DNA of 32,000 nt, from NCBI GenBank assembly GCA_016700375.1, contig CP065016.1:960001-992000 (forward strand), read 5' to 3'. The notes beneath the pieces are model-generated. The model was not told where the DNA came from. It was given only the letters and a program-made list of their open reading frames with translations, and did no database searches. Below, in pieces: positions 16,761-23,245 of this stretch (position 1 is its first letter; each line of letters opens with the position of its first letter). Source of the DNA: Candidatus Saccharimonadota bacterium. GTDB lineage: Bacteria > Patescibacteriota > Saccharimonadia > Saccharimonadales > UBA4665. The position numbers and the translations under genes are program-made.

Positions 16761-17362
16761 AAATTACGGCCATCAAAACGCAGGTCAAGCGAGAAGGAAG
16801 ATACTCCATTTTTGTTGATGGCAAATATGCATTTAGTTTGAGTGCCGAAGGTTTGCTGGATAGTGGCTTTGTGGTAGGGCAGGAACTATCCCAGGTGGAG
16901 CTAACAGGGGCAAAACAGCAATCCCAGACGGACAAGGCCTATGCTCTCACTCTTGCATATGTGGCGCGTCGCATGCGCAGTGAGGGTGAACTGCACGACT
17001 ATTTTCGGCGCAAAGGCTATAGCGACGACTTTGGAAGGACTGTCCTCCCAAAGCTAAGGCGACAAGGGCTGGTGGATGATGCGGAGTTTGCGCGGTGCTG
17101 GGTCGAGAACAGGCGACTCCTTAAAGCAACAAGCACCAGAAAGCTGCGAATGGAACTCCGGCAAAAGAAAATTACCGATGACATAATCACCACAGTTCTT
17201 ACGGAGGACGAAACTGATGAGCGAGATATCCTCCGCGCTCTCATCGAAAAAAAGCGCACCCAAACCCGCTACCAAGATTCCCAAAAACTCATACGCTACC
17301 TAGCCAGCCAAGGCTTCAACTATCAAGATATTAAGATTGTTCTTTATGAAGAAGGGCTTTGA
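16757..17362 (+). CDS. recX: RecA regulator RecX
   Basis: 201 aa. The N-terminal beta-hairpin region (YSIFVDGKYAFSL) and three helical repeats (ALTLAYVARRMRSEGEL..., LVDDAEFARCWVENR...) match RecX. The start overlaps the Nudix stop (ATGA). Confidence 0.8.
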   Translation: MKITAIKTQVKREGRYSIFVDGKYAFSLSAEGLLDSGFVVGQELSQVELTGAKQQSQTDKAYALTLAYVARRMRSEGELHDYFRRKGYSDDFGRTVLPKLRRQGLVDDAEFARCWVENRRLLKATSTRKLRMELRQKKITDDIITTVLTEDETDERDILRALIEKKRTQTRYQDSQKLIRYLASQGFNYQDIKIVLYEEGL

Positions 17363-18819
17363 GCTATTTGCTCTTCCTCACGCAACCTATTCTGCAAATC
17401 TGTAAGAATGGCGCAAATATCTCCATCGGAAGTTCTATCCGGGTGCGTTGCTACTCGCAGCTTTGTGAGCATGCTACGGCGAGATAATTTATCACCAGGC
17501 TTATATTTTGCGATGAAACCTGGCCGTTGTTTGATGAGTTGCTCACATACTCCGTTAATCCGATCGCGAAGATCTGTCGTAGCATCATGCGGCAACCTTG
17601 CGTCAAAAACCAGCAGCATGTCGTCGTAAACAGATCGCTCCCGATCGTTATTGAAGGTTTTAGGTGCTACATCATTGAATTCACTACCACGAGAGTACAA
17701 TCTATCCGCTTCCTGGCTTGAACTACCTGGCATATGTGTTGACTGATAGCCCGCGGCTGCTTGCTTTCGAGTGGTACGTCTCGTCGCAGCGGCTTTTGGC
17801 CAATAATCTTCCTTATTTGTAGAAATCTTATCGACAGCGGCATCTAGAAAAGCAGACACCGGACTGTCGTCGCTGTATAATATTGCATTTAGCGAAGTTC
17901 TAGTTGCTCTTTCAGCCCATTCGCTGGGGGTCAGCGCGATGAGGTATTCGCCGCCAAAGGCATCATAATGCTCTCGCTGGAAGCTATCTATCTGGCTTGT
18001 ATCGTCCGATTCAAAACCTCTGTCGAGTACCATCGGCCGGTATCCGTAAACACTTCTCATATGTACGCCCCGAACACTCTTGAAATAGTCGTCCAGTACG
18101 TGTTGTGGTGTTGGCAAGGCTTCGTTACCCAAACGACTCCGAAGGTACCCAGCCTGTTTTTTCGCTTGATCGGTGTAATCTGCTCGTTTGAAGATTTGCC
18201 ATCTCGGAGGTTGGGGAGGTGCAGTATCGTGTAACGCAAACTTTGCAAGCTTTTGCTGTAGCTTTTCTTGCATGCGCGCGGAAATATCCTCAGGGAGTAA
18301 GGGGTCTCCCAAAAATGAGTCCACAAGCCAAAGATATCTACTGCGCATTGTATTGAGCTCGCTTGAAATGGCAGTACCACTGTTCTGAAGCTGCTGAACG
18401 GCTCTTTCAAATACCTGCACGGCTTCAGCCAATGCCTCTGGTATTTCTCCGCCTTCGGCGGGTAAGTATATACCACAAGCAGCGAACTCATCTCTGACAA
18501 CTCGCTTAGCATCATTCTTTATTTTGTCCAAACTTCTTTCTGCGTCTACGTGAAGCGCCTGACATTCTTGGCGCCAGTCTTCACCGCACAGGATAAATGG
18601 CGACTGTGCAACCTCGGTAACAGAAGACGCTTGTGTTGTGTCGGGAGTAAGGATATCTTCGATTGACGTTTCGTATTGTCTGACAGTATCCTCGATGACG
18701 GTAAAGCCAGGCAGAGAAAACTTATCCCGCAAACTTTCCAAGGTAATTTGTCCTGCGGGTTGTGGCTCTGAGCCCTGGGGCGCGGAGGGCAAACGAATCA
18801 TATATAAATCATAACACAA
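17344..18819 (-). CDS. Hypothetical 491-aa cytoplasmic protein with J-domain-like C-terminus
   Basis: A long ORF with no signal peptide or TM helix. The C-terminal ~60 aa contains LSRRSMLTKLRVATHPDRTSDGD (HPD at 17437-17445, minus strand) followed by a helix ICAILTDLQNRL. The remaining ~420 aa were not recognised. Confidence 0.6.
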   Translation of the reverse strand: MCYDLYMIRLPSAPQGSEPQPAGQITLESLRDKFSLPGFTVIEDTVRQYETSIEDILTPDTTQASSVTEVAQSPFILCGEDWRQECQALHVDAERSLDKIKNDAKRVVRDEFAACGIYLPAEGGEIPEALAEAVQVFERAVQQLQNSGTAISSELNTMRSRYLWLVDSFLGDPLLPEDISARMQEKLQQKLAKFALHDTAPPQPPRWQIFKRADYTDQAKKQAGYLRSRLGNEALPTPQHVLDDYFKSVRGVHMRSVYGYRPMVLDRGFESDDTSQIDSFQREHYDAFGGEYLIALTPSEWAERATRTSLNAILYSDDSPVSAFLDAAVDKISTNKEDYWPKAAATRRTTRKQAAAGYQSTHMPGSSSQEADRLYSRGSEFNDVAPKTFNNDRERSVYDDMLLVFDARLPHDATTDLRDRINGVCEQLIKQRPGFIAKYKPGDKLSRRSMLTKLRVATHPDRTSDGDICAILTDLQNRLREEEQIAQSPSS

Positions 18820-18859
18820 AATATCTATATTAGCAACTATGTTTAGAAGATATCAAAAA

Positions 18860-19384
18860 CTAGGCGGCGGCGCCGGCAGGAACGGTCGCAGAATCGAGGA
18901 GGTCATTTACAATGATTTTTTTGTCGGTAATCTCATTTATTTGCGAACGGTCTACGGCAAGGTTACCCTTCGTTAGGCCCTTCAATAGCCCTTGCGAAAC
19001 GTAGAGCTTCTGTACGTACATAGTTTCTACTTCGACAGAGTAATCAGACACTTTTCCGAGCCGCTGCTTACTGAGAGTTACAACCTGTTTGCCAATGAGC
19101 TCAAAGCCTATGTCCATCACCTTCTTCAGCCGTACAAGTTCATGCGCCTCAACCAACACATCATGGTCATTGACGACGAGACCTTGCGGGATGATGTCAC
19201 GGATATCTTGGTAGAGTAGCACCAGCTGCTTCTTGCTGAAGCGGTCAGTACAGTAAAAACCTTCTATTTTTAGGTTGTTCGGGTTAAATATTGCCGCAGT
19301 TGTTGTCCCGACAGCCTGGCCCGTTCTGAGGCTCATGACTGACCTGCCAGTAAGACTTTCACTCAGCTTCAACATAGTAAGCAT
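18860..19384 (-). CDS. PRC-barrel domain protein (two tandem PRC-like modules)
   Basis: LTGRSVMSLRTGQAVGTTTAAIFNPNNLKIEGFY and LIGKQVVTLSKQRLGKVSDYSVEVETMYVQKLYV fit the PRC-barrel pattern. The start is uncertain: ATG codons occur at 19435, 19384 and 19375. Confidence 0.55.
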   Translation of the reverse strand: MLTMLKLSESLTGRSVMSLRTGQAVGTTTAAIFNPNNLKIEGFYCTDRFSKKQLVLLYQDIRDIIPQGLVVNDHDVLVEAHELVRLKKVMDIGFELIGKQVVTLSKQRLGKVSDYSVEVETMYVQKLYVSQGLLKGLTKGNLAVDRSQINEITDKKIIVNDLLDSATVPAGAAA

Positions 19385-19452
19385 TATACCGTGTCTGCAA
19401 TAGCCTGCATACTGAGGGAAGTGTGAATATATCATCTACGTGACAACGCTAG

Positions 19453-19492
19453 ATTCCACACTTTTTGCTCGCCCGAATAAAAAGTGTGGAAT
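19453..19492. repeat. Perfect 14-bp inverted repeat with 12-nt spacer in a divergent intergenic region
   Basis: attccacacttttt-gctcgcccgaat-aaaaagtgtggaat. A TATAAT box at 19499-19504 follows on the plus strand. Confidence 0.6.
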
Positions 19493-19614
19493 ATTTACTA
19501 TAATCATCCCGTTGCAGATTGGTTCAAGACGAAACATGTTGTAAATAACAAACATATTTTATTGTGCCTGTGCTTGCAATAGGTTTTTTGAGGGGCATAG
19601 ACTGGGAACTAACT

Positions 19615-21006
19615 ATGAAATACCTGAGTACAATCCTCAGGGTGGGAATAATAATAACGTTAAGCTTCGTACCGTTAAAAGTTCAAGCAGAAACGGTAGT
19701 GGTGCCGCCACTCGTTATTCGCGAGATAAAAATTACCGGAGAAGAACTGGTTGTACTGCAAGCTACGGCCGATATTACCGACCTTAGTGAGTACTGGGTT
19801 GGTTATACGGGCAGCGACACAGCAAACCCAGGAGCTATTGTGCCATCACAACAACTTCCCGCTCGGTCACTAGCGGCTGGTCAGGCACTACTCATGACGA
19901 GCGACGGTGGTGCTACCTGCGACGCGGTGCTAGTTACAAAACTCTCAGTCTCGCTGGCAGATACAAAGGGGACATTTGTGGTACGTCGGCTCCAAAGTAG
20001 CGGTCTTTCGAGTACATTCACTACAGTAGACAGCGTAAACTGGGCAAAACCTGGCGTCACGGGAACGACAACTGCAGCTCTTGACCTACGGAAAGAAACT
20101 GCAAGCATGACATACGCCCTTTGGTACCACGACCCTAGTCTTGCAAACCCTTGGCGCGTTGGGAATCTGGCGGGCTGCACGCTGATGCTTGCGCCGCTCG
20201 GTAGTACCGTACCGGCTGAAACAGTCGAATGGGTGCAGGCAGCCGTAGAGCCTCCGGCAATCATCGAAAACATAAATGAAGTTGAGACCACCCCTGATGA
20301 AACTGCTATCCCAGGTGATAATGCCGGGCTTGCGCCACCGCTCATTACCGAGCTGCTGCCGAACCCAGCTGGCACGGGCACGGACAGTACGGACGAATAT
20401 ATTGAACTCTATAATTCGAATGATGCCCCGTTCTATCTTTCTGGCTTTACGCTTCAAACAGGTCTTGCGACGAAGCATTCCTACCTATTTCCTTCCGGCG
20501 TGACAATGGCGCCGAAGAGTTTCCGGGCTTTTTATGCCAGCCAAACAGGCTTGAGCATGAGTAACACAAGTGGACAGGCAGCTGTACTGGATGGCTCTGG
20601 CGCGGTTGTTGCGCAGTCAGACCCGTACGATTCAGCTCCAGACGGTCAAGCATGGGCACTGGCGAACGGGGCGTGGTACTGGACAACAAAGCCAACGGAG
20701 GCCGCTACCAACATTATTGCCCAGCCAATTTCCCTACCAGCCTCGGCTATCAAGAAGGTGGTGAAAACAAGTGCAGCCGCTAAGGTAAAGCCTGCCACTA
20801 CTACGTCAAAGAAACCAAGCAAGGCAACTACCGCAAAGGCAAAAGACACCGCAACAACACCTGCGAAACAGGTTAGTGCGCTGCCAAAACCCACAGCAGT
20901 ACACCCAGGCGTACTTGCCCTGGTAGCCGCATGCGCGGTAGGATATGGAGCATATGTCTACCGAAAAGACTTGGCAAATGCATTCGCGAAGCTCCGAAGA
21001 CACTGA
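19615..21006 (+). CDS. Secreted, C-terminally membrane-anchored lamin-tail-domain (LTD) protein
   Basis: The signal peptide is MKYLSTILRVGIIITLSFVPLKVQA. The LTD signature ITELLPNPAGTGTDSTDEYIELYNS is present, with a weaker N-terminal copy (VIREIKITGEELVVLQ). A Lys/Thr/Ala/Pro-rich linker precedes a terminal TM helix. The ORF-track GTG start at 19564 is probably too far upstream. Confidence 0.7.
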   Translation: MKYLSTILRVGIIITLSFVPLKVQAETVVVPPLVIREIKITGEELVVLQATADITDLSEYWVGYTGSDTANPGAIVPSQQLPARSLAAGQALLMTSDGGATCDAVLVTKLSVSLADTKGTFVVRRLQSSGLSSTFTTVDSVNWAKPGVTGTTTAALDLRKETASMTYALWYHDPSLANPWRVGNLAGCTLMLAPLGSTVPAETVEWVQAAVEPPAIIENINEVETTPDETAIPGDNAGLAPPLITELLPNPAGTGTDSTDEYIELYNSNDAPFYLSGFTLQTGLATKHSYLFPSGVTMAPKSFRAFYASQTGLSMSNTSGQAAVLDGSGAVVAQSDPYDSAPDGQAWALANGAWYWTTKPTEAATNIIAQPISLPASAIKKVVKTSAAAKVKPATTTSKKPSKATTAKAKDTATTPAKQVSALPKPTAVHPGVLALVAACAVGYGAYVYRKDLANAFAKLRRH

Positions 21007-21415
21007 AGCGCTTGGTGAACGCATTGGTGCGCGGCTGAAGGGTGGCGAGGTGATTGAGCTCGTGAGCGACCTTGGTGGCGGCAAAACGACATTCACACGT
21101 GGGCTAGTACGTGGAGCTGGCAGCCCCGACAGGGTAGCAAGCCCCACATTTACTGTTGTTCGCCAATATGATGCCCCCAAACTTAATATCTTTCACTTCG
21201 ACTTTTATAGGCTTGATGACCCCGGCATCATAGTAGATGAGCTTCGGGAGTATCTGAGTGATCCCTTGACTGTCGTGATCGTGGAATGGAGTGATGTTGT
21301 ACGTGAGGTACTGCCCAAAAATCGCACCACCATCACGATAAGCGCGGCTGGAGAAGCAGAACGGATCATCGATTGCGCATTTTCGACAAAGTTCTCGTAT
21401 TTGTTTCCACGCTGA
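20945..21415 (+). CDS. tsaE: tRNA t6A37 biosynthesis ATPase TsaE
   Basis: The P-loop SDLGGGKTTFTRGL, SPTFTVVRQY and HFDFYRL are TsaE hallmarks. The start is ambiguous (ATG at 20945, 20954 or 20978), and all three overlap the end of the upstream gene. Confidence 0.85.
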   Translation: MEHMSTEKTWQMHSRSSEDTEALGERIGARLKGGEVIELVSDLGGGKTTFTRGLVRGAGSPDRVASPTFTVVRQYDAPKLNIFHFDFYRLDDPGIIVDELREYLSDPLTVVIVEWSDVVREVLPKNRTTITISAAGEAERIIDCAFSTKFSYLFPR

Positions 21416-21418
21416 GAG

Positions 21419-21544
21419 CTGACCCACACTCACTTTTTGAATGTCATCTTGAGCGAAGCCGAAAGATCCCGTCTGATGTACGCCTAACGAGATCCCTCCA
21501 CTCCGGTCGGGATGACACAGGAGTAAAAAGTGAGTGTGGGTCAG
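21419..21544. mobile_element. 126-bp MITE with the termini of the IS at 2787-3951
   Basis: The 20-bp ends ctgacccacactcacttttt (21419-21438) and aaaaagtgagtgtgggtcag (21525-21544) are identical to the outer 20 bp of the IS IRs. A 9-bp direct repeat cgctgagag sits at 21410-21418 and 21545-21553. There is no transposase ORF. Confidence 0.85.
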
Positions 21545-21612
21545 CGCTGAGAGCGTGAATTTTAGCGAAGTGATACAATAGGAGCATAAAAGGAATCATA
21601 AGAGGAGGGAAA

Positions 21613-22734
21613 ATGGACCCAAATACTAACGGATCAAGTCAACCGCCTGTGCAGGTAACCCCACAAGCATCTGTGGCGATAGTGCCCCCCGAACCAAGTC
21701 CGGTAAGTCCGAGTGCCCCAATCGCTCCAATCCAGCCCGCTCATAATAGCAACACGGGGCTGATTATAGGCCTGATTGCGGGGGTTGTTGTACTGCTAAT
21801 TGCGGCAATCATGTTTTTTGTAGTGATATCTCCAAAAATGCAGTCACGGGCACTTGCGCAGGCCTTTATGAACAACGTGACCGAGGGCAACATAGACAAG
21901 GCGGTTGAGCAAACGGGCGACAATAGTACGAAGGCATTTCTTACCAGTGCTGGTGCGAAGCTAAAAGGTGAAAAATCCAAGCTGAACAAACAGCAGTTTA
22001 ATAGTTCGGGCGAGAGTTATTATCTGTTTGATCTGTCTGGCGGAGACACAAAATACGCGCGAGTCACCACTGGCAAAGAAGATGGGAAACGGGTTGTTTC
22101 AAGCTTTGTATTTAGCGCGAAAGAGCTATCTTTGGTGCCCGGGAATAGTTCGACAAAAACTACCGAAAGTGGCGACACAGATATAACAGCCACAGAACCA
22201 AGCTCAAAATCCACGTGTTTAGCCAAATCAGACTTTGATACCATTGTGAACGCCAATAATGGTGGCAATGGTTCTGGATCAATAGACTATTCGTCCCAGC
22301 AAGATCTGATAAGCTCATACTACAACCGTCCCGCCTACTTCTTACCGGATAGCCTGAATTTTGATACACAGAATGATTACGCAGGCTACAATGCTGATGT
22401 CATGGTAAAGTCGTTTGCTGATTTCTATAAAACAAACAGTGACAAAGAATTTACTATCAAACTTGAAGGTGTTGTCGCTACAACTGCACCGGCAGACCTG
22501 GCATTTGGAACCCAACGCTCAGAAAAGATTAAGTCTAGGCTTGTTAGTAATGGTGTTCCAGCCGACAGAATTGAAGTCATGAAATCAACAAACATTTCGA
22601 CCTACGCGGGTGGCGCATGGGCAGGCTCGGAGAACGATACCATAGCGAAGCGCCTGGCTCGGAGCGTGACCTTGTACATTGTGCCCGACACGACGTGCAG
22701 CAGTGCCCCGGCATCTAGTGGTACTGGGCGCTAA
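21613..22734 (+). CDS. Membrane-anchored protein with Pro-rich N-terminus and possible OmpA-like C-terminal domain
   Basis: Strong RBS aagaggaggg and one TM helix (LIIGLIAGVVVLLIAAIMFFVVI). The C-terminal segment GTQRSEKIKSRLVSNGVPADRIEV...AKRLARSVTLYIV resembles the OmpA/MotB peptidoglycan-binding pattern, but the match is weak. Confidence 0.55.
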   Translation: MDPNTNGSSQPPVQVTPQASVAIVPPEPSPVSPSAPIAPIQPAHNSNTGLIIGLIAGVVVLLIAAIMFFVVISPKMQSRALAQAFMNNVTEGNIDKAVEQTGDNSTKAFLTSAGAKLKGEKSKLNKQQFNSSGESYYLFDLSGGDTKYARVTTGKEDGKRVVSSFVFSAKELSLVPGNSSTKTTESGDTDITATEPSSKSTCLAKSDFDTIVNANNGGNGSGSIDYSSQQDLISSYYNRPAYFLPDSLNFDTQNDYAGYNADVMVKSFADFYKTNSDKEFTIKLEGVVATTAPADLAFGTQRSEKIKSRLVSNGVPADRIEVMKSTNISTYAGGAWAGSENDTIAKRLARSVTLYIVPDTTCSSAPASSGTGR

Positions 22735-22746
22735 TATACGCTCAGT

Positions 22747-23139
22747 ATGTTGATATTCACACTCAGAACAGATAACCCCGAGGCAGAGATTGGACTGTAC
22801 GATGACGCAACCCAACTGGCTTATGAAACCTGGACGGCACACCGGCAATTGGCAGAGACAATTCACGCTAGGGTGAAGACCATGCTAGACGGCCAGGATA
22901 AAGATTGGCATGACATTAAGAGCATAGTGGTGTTTCAGGGGCCGGGTAGTTTTACGGGACTTCGAATAGGCCTTACGGTTGCGAACGCACTGGCGCAAGG
23001 GCTCAATGTTCCGATTGTAGCCACTCAAAATCCCAGGTGGATTGAAACAGGGGTGGAAAGGCTAATCCGCGGTGAAAATGACCGTGTAGCTGTGCCCCAC
23101 TACGGCGCACCCGTACACATAACCCCCCAAAAGAAATAA
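22747..23139 (+). CDS. tsaB: TsaB-like t6A complex subunit, short form (130 aa)
   Basis: FQGPGSFTGLRIGLTVANALAQGLNVPIV is the TsaB signature. The protein ends after the N-terminal subdomain. Confidence 0.75.
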   Translation: MLIFTLRTDNPEAEIGLYDDATQLAYETWTAHRQLAETIHARVKTMLDGQDKDWHDIKSIVVFQGPGSFTGLRIGLTVANALAQGLNVPIVATQNPRWIETGVERLIRGENDRVAVPHYGAPVHITPQKK

Positions 23140-23245
23140 GAGGCCGGTTTTCCACAGAAAATGTGCCAAAGTGCTTGTGTTTCGGTTAGGCATGGAGTAT
23201 ATACATATTCAGGAATACCAAATAAAAACTACAAAAGGAACTACA

